From NCBI GenBank assembly GCA_017481945.1, contig JAFUOJ010000018.1, forward strand, positions 58,744 through 122,743: a stretch of DNA of 64,000 bases, read 5' to 3'. Of the stretch, positions 18,748 to 27,591 are shown one piece after another. Under the pieces are notes generated by a model. It was given only the letters and a program-made list of their open reading frames with translations. It was not told where the DNA came from and did not search any database. Made by a program: the position numbers and the translations under genes. This DNA comes from Parabacteroides sp. (GTDB lineage: Bacteria > Bacteroidota > Bacteroidia > Bacteroidales > Tannerellaceae). How positions within the stretch are numbered: position 1 is the first letter of the stretch; each line of letters starts with the position of its first letter.

Positions 18748-19863
18748 TCAGTCTTGCCGTGTCAGGGTGATTTTCTTGCTGGCTTCACGTTTGTTGGCAT
18801 CCACGACTTTGATATACCTTTGAGTGGTGGTGATACTCTTGTGCGCCATGATGCTCTGTATGGTGCGGATGTCCGTCCCGGCAGCTGCTTGTAGCGTTGC
18901 AAATGTTCTACGATACGAGTGAAATGTTATGTTCTTGGTAATTCCGGCAGAACGAAGCCACTCTTTCATCGGGATTTGCGTCCAACTGCGCATAAGTCCC
19001 TTGAATACCAAACCTTTCTTTTCAGAACTATATCCTATCAATCCCAATGCTTCTTCACTAATAGGAATGATATCTTCCGCTTTGTTTTTTTGAGTAATGA
19101 TATGTACGCATTTTCCTCCGGCAGAATAGTCCACGATGTCTTCCCAACATAGCGAGAGAATGTCACTGATGCGCAAACTGGTCATACATGAAAACAGCGA
19201 TGCTATTTTCAGAATTGGCTTCTTGCACGGTGTTTCAGCCAACTTGTACAATTCATCCACAGACAGATACTCCTTGACTACATCTTCCGTTTCAATCTTA
19301 TCCAAAAAATCATTGACATTGGTCTTTATCATTCCATTGCGATAGAGAATTTTCAGGAATCCCCTGAAGGTAGACCAGTATCCCGATGCGGAATTTCTTG
19401 TTATGCGTCCGTTACGTCTCAGTTTCTTAGCCGTGAGCAGATATTCCCGAAACTTGTTACAGAGGTCGATGTCAATCTCTTCAAAGGTGCATTTACCATG
19501 TACGAAGTTACTGAAATGCAGATAGACAAACTCCCATTTCTGGTCATGCTTACGGAGCTGCTTGCGATAATACTCCAGAAAGTCTGCCTTGAGTTTGTAC
19601 TTGTCAAAGAAGTCATACCGTTCATTGACTACCGACTCGAACCTGCGGCAACGGATGGCTTCGGCTTTCTCGGTCATTACCTCGTTGAAATTCTGTTCAC
19701 GTTTGTTTCTCGGATTGGCATAGATATAAATACCAAGCGATTCATGACGGATAACTTTCATTGTCTCTTTGTCTCGATACCCCGGATAATAATCCAGATA
19801 GAAAGACTTCATCCTGCCTTTTAGCGGACGTGTCCTTAATGTCACGGTCTTGCATTCATGCAT
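18748..19863 (-). CDS. Site-specific tyrosine integrase of the element
   Basis: Arm-binding N-terminus SFYLDYY; SLRISDI, ITFHSYRRTFAT, MAHKSITTTQRY. Confidence 0.93.
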   Translation of the reverse strand: MHECKTVTLRTRPLKGRMKSFYLDYYPGYRDKETMKVIRHESLGIYIYANPRNKREQNFNEVMTEKAEAIRCRRFESVVNERYDFFDKYKLKADFLEYYRKQLRKHDQKWEFVYLHFSNFVHGKCTFEEIDIDLCNKFREYLLTAKKLRRNGRITRNSASGYWSTFRGFLKILYRNGMIKTNVNDFLDKIETEDVVKEYLSVDELYKLAETPCKKPILKIASLFSCMTSLRISDILSLCWEDIVDYSAGGKCVHIITQKNKAEDIIPISEEALGLIGYSSEKKGLVFKGLMRSWTQIPMKEWLRSAGITKNITFHSYRRTFATLQAAAGTDIRTIQSIMAHKSITTTQRYIKVVDANKREASKKITLTRQD

Positions 19864-19980
19864 AATGTTATATTTTTATGGTTATTATTAATTCGTCGGC
19901 GAAACTCTATAATGTAATCATGCAGATTACCTACAGCAGGGATTAATTTTTGAATAATTTACGGATAGTCATAAATTAGA

Positions 19981-20859
19981 CTATTTGCGGACACCCATTA
20001 CCCGGTCAAACTCCACTTTCAGGAATCTGACGAACCGTCCGTTCTTCTCCCGGTTGATCTGATGGAATTGCAGAATACCGTAAACCGAATCACGAGAGAG
20101 CTTGAATTTCTCCATCGCCTCCTTGACGGTGTAGTATTCCGCCTTGCTCTCCTGTTCGGAACTCTTCGAGAGGTCGAAGTGGAGCTTTGAGTAGAATATC
20201 TGCCCATGCTCCTTCTTGGAGGGAATGTTGTTCCTATACACCTGTGAACGGATGGCGACACGTGTCATGTCGTACTTCTCCTGAATTTCTTCTGGTGTGT
20301 ACCATTCGGTCAGGTCGGAATCTACCTCGTATTTGGCAAAGGCGGCATCGATATGTTTCTTGCTGTAATAGTTGAACTGGCGTATTCTCACCTTCGGCAC
20401 TTTATGTTGCCGTGTGTAAGTCCACACCCATTTGGCGTTGACCTTATATTTTTCCGCAATCTCTTCGGCTGTGTAATACTCGGAGATGTTGAAGTCGTTT
20501 TTCGCAACCAGTCGTTCGTAAGGTTTGCTTTTGAGCATTAACTCTATGTCTGCACGCCTTACCAAAGCCATTCTTCCGCTAATTCGGGATGCTCTAAGTT
20601 TATCCTCTTTGACTAATTTATAAATGTACTGACGGCTCACGCCCATCAATCGGGCAGCCTGCGAAAAAGTGAAATATTCCTGCTTCTCCAAACTGGAGCG
20701 CAACTCCTGCATTTCCTGAATGTGGCGCAGTTCCATTTTGCGCTCCTTGATACGATGTTTGTAACCTCGCTTCGAGCATTGAGGGCTACAATAACAGGTC
20801 GTTGTTTTCTGTGCAATGAACGGTTTTCCACACCATTGACAAATTCTCTTTACTTCCAT
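19981..20859 (-). CDS. Zn-finger + multiple HTH DNA-binding protein (element regulator/excisionase-like)
   Basis: CQWC...CYCSPQC, then HTH FTFSQAARLMGVSRQYIY and three YT-x-EE HTH repeats; start at ATG 20859. Confidence 0.82.
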   Translation of the reverse strand: MEVKRICQWCGKPFIAQKTTTCYCSPQCSKRGYKHRIKERKMELRHIQEMQELRSSLEKQEYFTFSQAARLMGVSRQYIYKLVKEDKLRASRISGRMALVRRADIELMLKSKPYERLVAKNDFNISEYYTAEEIAEKYKVNAKWVWTYTRQHKVPKVRIRQFNYYSKKHIDAAFAKYEVDSDLTEWYTPEEIQEKYDMTRVAIRSQVYRNNIPSKKEHGQIFYSKLHFDLSKSSEQESKAEYYTVKEAMEKFKLSRDSVYGILQFHQINREKNGRFVRFLKVEFDRVMGVRK

Positions 20860-20900
20860 ATTTCCTATATCATTTTCTCTGTTTTTTAATTTCCCTTTTT

Positions 20901-20940
20901 GTCTACACATGTAAACCATTGTCAACACACGTCAACTAAT
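20901..20940. repeat. Four 10-bp-phased GTMWAC direct repeats
   Basis: GTCTACACAT GTAAACCATT GTCAACACAC GTCAACTAAT. Confidence 0.6.
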
Positions 20941-21052
20941 GCGTCATTGTGACATTCGGGCTAACCGTGAATTTCTGTCGTGGTAGAAATATGATAGAAA
21001 AATATGGATAAAAACCGTTATCTCCAAATACGGACTGGAAAGTGTTAAAACG

Positions 21053-21081
21053 ATAAAGTCGCTGATACACAGCGACTTTAT
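21053..21081 (-). terminator. 12-bp hairpin after mnmE stop / near element end
   Basis: ATAAAGTCGCTG-ataca-CAGCGACTTTAT. Confidence 0.65.
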
Positions 21082-21120
21082 TCTAAATGATTATAGTTGG
21101 TTACGGCTGTTTACAAGCTA

Positions 21121-22512
21121 TCACTTCCCGATGCAAAACTTATTAAAAATATTTCCGAGTACTTGGTCGGTTGTGACTTCCCCGATGATGTCGGATAGGT
21201 GGAAAATACATTCGCGGAGGTCTTGAGATATAAAATCTCCTGAAAGATTATCGTTCAACCCCTCTTGTACACGGTGAATGGAATCCAGCGCTCGCGTAAG
21301 AGCTTCATAGTGACGTACATTTGTTACAATAATGTCATTTGAAGAAAGTACTGGACAATGAGCAGCTTGTACTAATAGATTTTCTAAATCTTTGATTTGT
21401 GTTTTTTGTTTTGCTGAGATTGTAATATACTGACTCTCTTTGGGTAGATCTAATAGATCTATGTTTAGTGGCTCTGTCAGTAAATCCGTTTTATTGAAAA
21501 CCAAGATTAGTTGTTTTTCTTTACAATGAGGCAAAACGCGAGAAGAAAGTTCTTCGATCTGTTTTTTGGCTTCTATCGTGTCTATTAGCCAAAGAACGAT
21601 AGCTGCTTGATCGAGTTTTTGGAAAGTACGTTCAATACCAATACTTTCAATAGTATCCTGTGTATCGCGAATACCGGCTGTGTCAATAAAGCGAAAAGTA
21701 ATACCTTGGATATTAATAATGTCTTCTATGACATCACGAGTCGTTCCATGTATATCACTTACAATTGCTTTCTCTTCATTTAGTAATGCATTTAGTAAGG
21801 TTGACTTCCCTGCATTGGTCTCTCCAATGATGGCTACCGGAATACCATTTTTAATAGCGTTCCCCACATTAAAAGAATTTGCAAGGCGAGAAATGACCTG
21901 TTCGATGTGGTTTGCTAATGCAGTTAATTCGCTACGGTCTGCAAACTCAAGCTCTTCATGGTCACTAAAGTCTAATTCTAACTCCATGAGGGAAGTAATA
22001 TGAAGTAGTTGTTCCCGTAGATTCCGAAGTTCATTGCTGAATCCTCCACGCATTTGATTTAGGGCTAATTTATGTTGGCCGGCAGAGGTCGAGGCAATAA
22101 GGTCGGCAACTGCTTCTGCTTGACTAAGATCAATTTTCCCATTCATGAAGGCCCGTTGTGTATATTCACCGGGAAGTGCAGAACGGCACCCATTCTCGAT
22201 CAGTAGTTGTAAGATTTGTTGTTGGATATAAATAGAACCATGACAAGTTATTTCTACTGTATCCTCACCCGTAAAAGAGTGGGGAGCCCGGAAGAGTGCC
22301 ACTAACACTTCGTCTATTAATTCATCTTTGCGTCGGATACTACCATAACGCAAGGTATAAGCCTTTTGTGACAACAGATCTTTCCCTGCTGTTTGTGGAA
22401 CGAAAAGAGTGTTACAGATGGCAATTGCCTCAGGACCGGAAACACGTATAACTGCTATTCCTCCGACTCCAGGGGCTGTTGATATAGCGCAGATAGTATC
22501 TTGATTAATCAT
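21121..22512 (-). CDS. mnmE: tRNA U34 modification GTPase MnmE (TrmE)
   Basis: DTICAISTAPG, SFTGED, GETNAGKST, GTTRD, DTAG, NKTD, C-terminal FCIGK. Confidence 0.97.
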   Translation of the reverse strand: MINQDTICAISTAPGVGGIAVIRVSGPEAIAICNTLFVPQTAGKDLLSQKAYTLRYGSIRRKDELIDEVLVALFRAPHSFTGEDTVEITCHGSIYIQQQILQLLIENGCRSALPGEYTQRAFMNGKIDLSQAEAVADLIASTSAGQHKLALNQMRGGFSNELRNLREQLLHITSLMELELDFSDHEELEFADRSELTALANHIEQVISRLANSFNVGNAIKNGIPVAIIGETNAGKSTLLNALLNEEKAIVSDIHGTTRDVIEDIINIQGITFRFIDTAGIRDTQDTIESIGIERTFQKLDQAAIVLWLIDTIEAKKQIEELSSRVLPHCKEKQLILVFNKTDLLTEPLNIDLLDLPKESQYITISAKQKTQIKDLENLLVQAAHCPVLSSNDIIVTNVRHYEALTRALDSIHRVQEGLNDNLSGDFISQDLRECIFHLSDIIGEVTTDQVLGNIFNKFCIGK

Positions 22513-22514
22513 AT

Positions 22515-23636
22515 TTATATAGTTATTAATTCATATTGTTGAGTTCCTAAACCAATCTTTTCCGCATGTTCTAAACCTGCTTGCCAATTGGTTTCCGGGT
22601 GCATGATGTGAAATTTGTCACAACCTTCCATGTGGTCATGGTGCGGAGTGTCTGAAAGACGATTTCCTGTCTCTAAGATAGGAGAGTTGATAACAAGGTC
22701 TGCACATGCCTTATCCAAGGCTACCGGGTCAAAAGAAGCTGCAATACCTAAATCTGGCACAATTGCTGCGTCATTATGATTCCAACAGTCACATTCTGGG
22801 GATACATTCATAATGAAGCTGATGTGGAAATGAGGTTTACCTAAAACTACGGCTTTAGAGTATTCCGCAATTTTGTAGTTTAAGCGTTCGGATGTGTCAC
22901 CTTCTCCCATGACTGCACCATCGTATTGGCAAAGGGCTACGCACTGACCGCAGCCGACACATTTCGTATAGTCTATTTCTGCTTTCCGATCTGCATTTAG
23001 GTGGATTGCCTCATGGCGACAATGTTTTACACAAATGTTACACCCCTTACAATTATTAATATCAATTCTTGGTTGTGAAGCAGAGTGAAGTTCTAATTTC
23101 CCACCTACGCTGGCACAACCCATACCGAGGTTCTTTAATGCTCCTCCAAAACCTGTTTGTTCATGCCCTTTGAAATGGTTCATTGATATAATAATATCTG
23201 CGTCCGCAATAGCAGAACCGATTTTAGGTGCTTTACAATATTCTCCGTCAATATCAATCTCTCTATACTCAGTTCCTTTTAAACCATCGGCGATAATAAC
23301 ATCGCATTTGGCTGAGATCGGATTGAAACCATTTTCCATAGCACTGGCTAAATGATCTACCGCATTTGCTCTACGTCCGGAATAGAGCGTATTACAATCT
23401 GTCAAGAATGGTTTTGCACCAAGACTGCGCAAAAAAGTTGCCAGACGAGCTGCATAATTAGGACGGATGTAAGCCAAGTTTCCCGGCTCACCGAAATGTA
23501 TTTTTATTGCTACGAATTGATTTTGGAAATCAATATTTGTGATACCTGCCCGTTTCACAAGACGCTCCATTTTGTCTAATAGATTACTGGATGGCGTTGT
23601 ACGGAGATTTGTATAATATACTTTTGCTGTTTCCAT
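22515..23636 (-). CDS. DUF362 family 4Fe-4S protein
   Basis: KIHFGEPGN, HFKGHE..GFGGALKNLGMG, two CxxCxxCxxxC ferredoxin motifs. Confidence 0.88.
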   Translation of the reverse strand: METAKVYYTNLRTTPSSNLLDKMERLVKRAGITNIDFQNQFVAIKIHFGEPGNLAYIRPNYAARLATFLRSLGAKPFLTDCNTLYSGRRANAVDHLASAMENGFNPISAKCDVIIADGLKGTEYREIDIDGEYCKAPKIGSAIADADIIISMNHFKGHEQTGFGGALKNLGMGCASVGGKLELHSASQPRIDINNCKGCNICVKHCRHEAIHLNADRKAEIDYTKCVGCGQCVALCQYDGAVMGEGDTSERLNYKIAEYSKAVVLGKPHFHISFIMNVSPECDCWNHNDAAIVPDLGIAASFDPVALDKACADLVINSPILETGNRLSDTPHHDHMEGCDKFHIMHPETNWQAGLEHAEKIGLGTQQYELITI

Positions 23637-23676
23637 TATATATTGGTTTTATAAACAAAGGTACTAAAATTATTAG

Positions 23677-23721
23677 AAAAGCACGAGCCGTCAAATCTTT
23701 AAATTTACAACTCGTGCTTTT
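23677..23721 (-). terminator. Intrinsic terminator after aspA
   Basis: AAAAGCACGAG...CTCGTGCTTTT inverted arms. Confidence 0.6.
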
Positions 23722-23752
23722 AAGTGATAGAGGATATAAGGATCCTACACTA

Positions 23753-25186
23753 TTAGTGTTTAGGATGTATATCTAACTTAACCGGTTTCAACATGTTTTC
23801 CGGACTTAAGATTTTGTCCAAATCATCCTTATCCAAGATGTCATGTTCTAAGATTAATTCATATACACTTCTGCCTGTTTCCAACGCTTCTTTTGCAATC
23901 TTAGTTGAATTCTTATAACCAATGATTGGGTTCAAAGCGGTAACAACGCCGATACTGTTATGAACTTCGTTTTTACATTTTTCTTCGTTTGCAGTAATAC
24001 CGTCTACGCAACGAGTACGCAATGTGTCGAAACCATGAATCATCAAATCAACTGATTCGAAGCAACATTGAGCCATAACAGGTTCCATTGCGTTCAATTC
24101 CATTTGAGCAGCGTCACCAGCCATAGTTACACATAGGTCGTTACCCATTACTTTGTAACAAATCTGGTTCATTACTTCCGGAATAACTGGGTTTACTTTA
24201 CCCGGCATGATAGATGAACCCGGCTGCATAGCTGGCAAGTTAAATTCTGATAGACCGCAACGAGGACCGCAACCTAACAAACGAAGGTCATTACAGATCT
24301 TGTTTACTTTAACAGCCAAACGTCTCAAAGCTGAAGAGTAGCCTACCATGCAAGAAGTATCAGAAGTTGCACCTACCAAGTCTGAAGAAAGTTTGAAGTC
24401 AAAACCTGTGATCTCACGCATAGCTTCAATACATTTTTCTGAATAACCCGGCTCAGCGCAAATACCTGTACCGATAGCAGTTGCTCCCATGTTTACTACC
24501 AAGAAGTCTGCTGCTGCTTCGTTCAAGTGAAGTACTTCGTCATTCAAAATGCTGGCAAAACCATTGAATGTTTGTCCCAATGTCATAGGCACAGCGTCTT
24601 GCAACTGTGTACGTCCCATTTTGATAACATGAGCAAACTCTTTTGCTTTCTTACGGAATGCTTCAATTAAATCCATCAAATGAGGAATGAAGCTGAGGTG
24701 TTTGTAATACAAACCTACGTGAATAGCTGTCGGATAGGCGTCATTAGTAGACTGTGAGCAGTTTACATGATCGTTCGGTGAGCAGTATTGATATTCACCG
24801 CGTTGGTGTCCCATTAATTCTAAGGCACGGTTCGCGATTACTTCATTTGCGTTCATATTAGTTGTAGTACCCGCTCCACCTTGAATCATATCTACAGGGA
24901 ACTGGTCGTGGTGTTGACCGTCCATGATTTCCTGACATGCAGTTTTAATAGCATTCGCTTGTTCGTCTGTCAAAAGACCTAATTCGTGGTTGGCTTTAGC
25001 TGCCGCCATCTTCGTAACTGCTAACCCATAAATGAATCGGGGATAGTCTTGAAGGTGAAATTTACTAATCGGGAAGTTTTCAATACCTCGGAGTGTCTGT
25101 ACTCCATACAAGGCATTAGATGGAATTTCGCGAGCACCGATCAAATCGCTCTCAATGCGGAATCCTTCAACTTGTTTTGTTTCCAT
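23753..25186 (-). CDS. aspA: Aspartate ammonia-lyase
   Basis: QGGAGTTTNMN, SQSTND, GRTQLQDA, GSSIMPGKVNP; start at ATG 25186. Confidence 0.95.
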   Translation of the reverse strand: METKQVEGFRIESDLIGAREIPSNALYGVQTLRGIENFPISKFHLQDYPRFIYGLAVTKMAAAKANHELGLLTDEQANAIKTACQEIMDGQHHDQFPVDMIQGGAGTTTNMNANEVIANRALELMGHQRGEYQYCSPNDHVNCSQSTNDAYPTAIHVGLYYKHLSFIPHLMDLIEAFRKKAKEFAHVIKMGRTQLQDAVPMTLGQTFNGFASILNDEVLHLNEAAADFLVVNMGATAIGTGICAEPGYSEKCIEAMREITGFDFKLSSDLVGATSDTSCMVGYSSALRRLAVKVNKICNDLRLLGCGPRCGLSEFNLPAMQPGSSIMPGKVNPVIPEVMNQICYKVMGNDLCVTMAGDAAQMELNAMEPVMAQCCFESVDLMIHGFDTLRTRCVDGITANEEKCKNEVHNSIGVVTALNPIIGYKNSTKIAKEALETGRSVYELILEHDILDKDDLDKILSPENMLKPVKLDIHPKH

Positions 25187-25327
25187 AAATGATAGTTTAA
25201 GAAGTTCTTTATCGTATTGCAAAAGTAGGAACTTGTATTCGGCTGTCAAAATATATTTCGATATAATTTTGTCCGCAATTCCCCTTTTTAGAATGTTCTT
25301 CTCTGCCTGGAAGCAAACGGGGTAAAA

Positions 25328-25436
25328 TCTACTTACTAAGTAGACCGGAATCTACTCGATAAGTAGAGGTTTGACTACTCGATAAGTAGAGGAGAGTCTG
25401 CTTATTAAGTAGAGGAAGCTCTACTTAGTAAGTAAC
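25328..25436. repeat. Array of five 17-bp palindromes (TCTACTT-N3-AAGTAGA consensus), exact 23-bp period
   Basis: Units start at 25328, 25351, 25374, 25397, 25420; linkers CCGGAA, GGTTTG, GGAGAG, GGAAGC. Confidence 0.9.
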
Positions 25437-25498
25437 TTTTCCCCTGTATGAAAGTAGTTTTTTTATCCGTTTCCGAGTAAAAAGAGATTTCTTTCAAG

Positions 25499-25506
25499 TA
25501 TCTTTG
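25499..25506 (+). promoter_or_regulatory. Bacteroidetes -7 promoter element (nitroreductase)
   Basis: TATCTTTG matches TAnnTTTG, 23 nt before ATG; divergent TACTTTTG on minus strand at 25220..25227 for aspA. Confidence 0.6.
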
Positions 25507-25529
25507 CGTACATTATATATAAATAGAAT

Positions 25530-26279
25530 ATGCGTATGTTAGCAAAGATGAAAGATAGAAGGACAATTCGGAAATATACAACACAAGATATTTCGGATTC
25601 ATTGTTGAACGAGTTGTTAGAGGTAGCAACCCGGGCGTCCAATACGGGGAATATGCAATTATATAGTGTAGTAGTGACACGAGACCAGGCGAATAAAGAG
25701 AAGTTGGCTCCGGCTCATTTCAACCAGCCGATGGTAAAGACGGCACCGGTTGTTTTGACTTTCTGTGCGGACGCTAATCGCTTTGTAAAATGGGCAGAGC
25801 AGCGGAAAGCGGTTCCCGGTTTTGATAATCTTCAAACTTTTATGGCGGCAACTATTGACGCAATGTTGTTCGCACAATGTTTTTGTACGGCAGCAGAGGA
25901 GAGGGGATTAGGGCTTTGTTACTTGGGAACAACTACCTATAATGCGGATAAGATTATTGAAGCGTTATCACTCCCTCGTTTGGTTGTGCCAATCGTAACA
26001 GTAACCGTAGGCTATCCGGAGGAAATACCGGAACAACCGGAGCGATTACCACTTGAAGCGGTCGTTCATCAGGAAACGTATCAGGATTATGTGCCGGAAA
26101 GTATAGATACGCTTTACCGAGACAAAGAAGCTTTGGAGGCTAATATTCGATTTGTACAGGAAAATAAGAAAGAGACACTTGCTCAGGTTTTCACGGATAT
26201 TCGTTATACAAAGGCTAATAATGAATACTTCTCAGAAGTCTTTTTGAAGGTGTTGAGAGAACAAGGGTTTATGAAGTAA
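25530..26279 (+). CDS. Nitroreductase / NADPH-flavin oxidoreductase (NfsA/FRP-like)
   Basis: RRTIRKY, ASNTGNMQLYSVV, GLGLCYLGT, VGYP, ERLP. Confidence 0.88.
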   Translation: MRMLAKMKDRRTIRKYTTQDISDSLLNELLEVATRASNTGNMQLYSVVVTRDQANKEKLAPAHFNQPMVKTAPVVLTFCADANRFVKWAEQRKAVPGFDNLQTFMAATIDAMLFAQCFCTAAEERGLGLCYLGTTTYNADKIIEALSLPRLVVPIVTVTVGYPEEIPEQPERLPLEAVVHQETYQDYVPESIDTLYRDKEALEANIRFVQENKKETLAQVFTDIRYTKANNEYFSEVFLKVLREQGFMK

Positions 26280-26293
26280 TGAATCTTTGATAT

Positions 26294-26333
26294 ATAAAAA
26301 AGGTAACAAGTTTTTGCTTGTTACCTTTTTTAT
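26294..26333. terminator. Bidirectional intrinsic terminator
   Basis: ATAAAAAAGGTAACAAG-tttttg-CTTGTTACCTTTTTTAT between convergent genes. Confidence 0.85.
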
Positions 26334-26355
26334 TGTAGTAAAGAAAGTACCGAGA

Positions 26356-27501
26356 TTATGACAATCTACGAGCACCGTCACTGATTACCACGTTGTATAA
26401 CTTAGGTTCATGACCAAACTTAGCTGTATAAGATTGGAAAGCTTCTTTTACAAATGCGTCATACTTTTCTTCTTTAACTAAGTTGATAGTACAACCACCG
26501 AAACCACCACCCATTACACGAGAGCCGGTTACACCCATTTTCTTAGCAACATCATTTAAGAAGTCAAGTTCTTCACAGCTAACTTCGTATTGCTTGCTCA
26601 TGCCGTAGTGAGTTTCATACATCTTTTGACCTACAGTTTCGTAATCACCCTTTTCTAATGCGTCGCAAACGTCAAGCACACGTTGTACTTCACCGATTAC
26701 ATATTCAGCACGCAAATAGTCTTCAGCACTGATTTCGCCTTTTACCTCGTTAAGCATATCCATTGTTGCGTCACGTAGGAACTCTACTTCAGGATGTTTC
26801 TGGCGGATTGCAGCAGCCGCATTTTCACAAGATTGACGACGTTTGTTATAAGCAGAAGAAGCTAATTCATGTTTTACAACTGAATCTAATAAAACTAACT
26901 TATAACCAACCGGGTTGAATGGGAAGTACTTGTATTCAAGTGAACGGCAATCTAAACGGATTAAGCTACCTTCTTTACCAAAGACAGAAGCAAACTGGTC
27001 CATAATACCACACTTAACACCGCAGTAGTTATGTTCTGTTGATTGACCAATTTTAGCTAACTCAAATTTGTCGATGTTTAAAGAGAATAGGTCATTTAAC
27101 GCGAAAGCATAAGTACTTTCCAATGCAGCAGAAGAGGACATACCGGCTCCTAATGGCACATCACCAGCAAAGACAGTATCGAATCCTTGTATATTACCAC
27201 CTCGTTTGATAGTTTCACGACAAACACCGAAAATATATCTTGCCCAGCTTGCTTTAGGTGCGTCTTCTTCCTTTAATCCAAATTCAGCATAGTCATTCAA
27301 GTCAACGGAAAAAGCACGTACTTTATCAGTACCGTTCGGCTTGATTTCAGCAATCATGCCTTTGTCTATAGCTCCAGGGAATACAAAACCACCGTTGTAG
27401 TCTGTGTGTTCACCGATAAGGTTGATACGACCCGGAGAGGCATAAACATTACCTTCTGTTGCAAATAATTCTTGGAACTTATTTCTAATTCTTTCTCTCA
27501 T
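26356..27501 (-). CDS. galK: Galactokinase
   Basis: PGRINLIGEHTDYNGG, PLGAGMSSSAA, CGIMDQF, GGGFGGC. Confidence 0.96.
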   Translation of the reverse strand: MRERIRNKFQELFATEGNVYASPGRINLIGEHTDYNGGFVFPGAIDKGMIAEIKPNGTDKVRAFSVDLNDYAEFGLKEEDAPKASWARYIFGVCRETIKRGGNIQGFDTVFAGDVPLGAGMSSSAALESTYAFALNDLFSLNIDKFELAKIGQSTEHNYCGVKCGIMDQFASVFGKEGSLIRLDCRSLEYKYFPFNPVGYKLVLLDSVVKHELASSAYNKRRQSCENAAAAIRQKHPEVEFLRDATMDMLNEVKGEISAEDYLRAEYVIGEVQRVLDVCDALEKGDYETVGQKMYETHYGMSKQYEVSCEELDFLNDVAKKMGVTGSRVMGGGFGGCTINLVKEEKYDAFVKEAFQSYTAKFGHEPKLYNVVISDGARRLS

Positions 27502-27533
27502 GATATTTAATATTTTTAATTAGGTTCTTAAAC

Positions 27534-27572
27534 AATTGAAGAAATTATCTAATTCAGATAATTTCTTCAATT
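27534..27572. promoter_or_regulatory. Perfect 17-bp AT-rich hairpin between permease and galK
   Basis: AATTGAAGAAATTATCT-aattc-AGATAATTTCTTCAATT. Confidence 0.55.
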
Positions 27573-27591
27573 ATGATTTATATGAATTTAT

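Larger units (their letters stand above)
1..21120. mobile_element. Integrative mobilizable element / defence island inserted at 3' end of mnmE (left end outside window)
   Basis: int-xis-AAA-oriT-mobC-relaxase backbone directly downstream of mnmE stop; R-M and defence cargo; no T4SS genes in view. Confidence 0.85.

Noticed and set aside
25328-25436. CRISPR array
   Set aside because: Inter-repeat segments are only 6 bp, units are degenerate, no leader or cas genes
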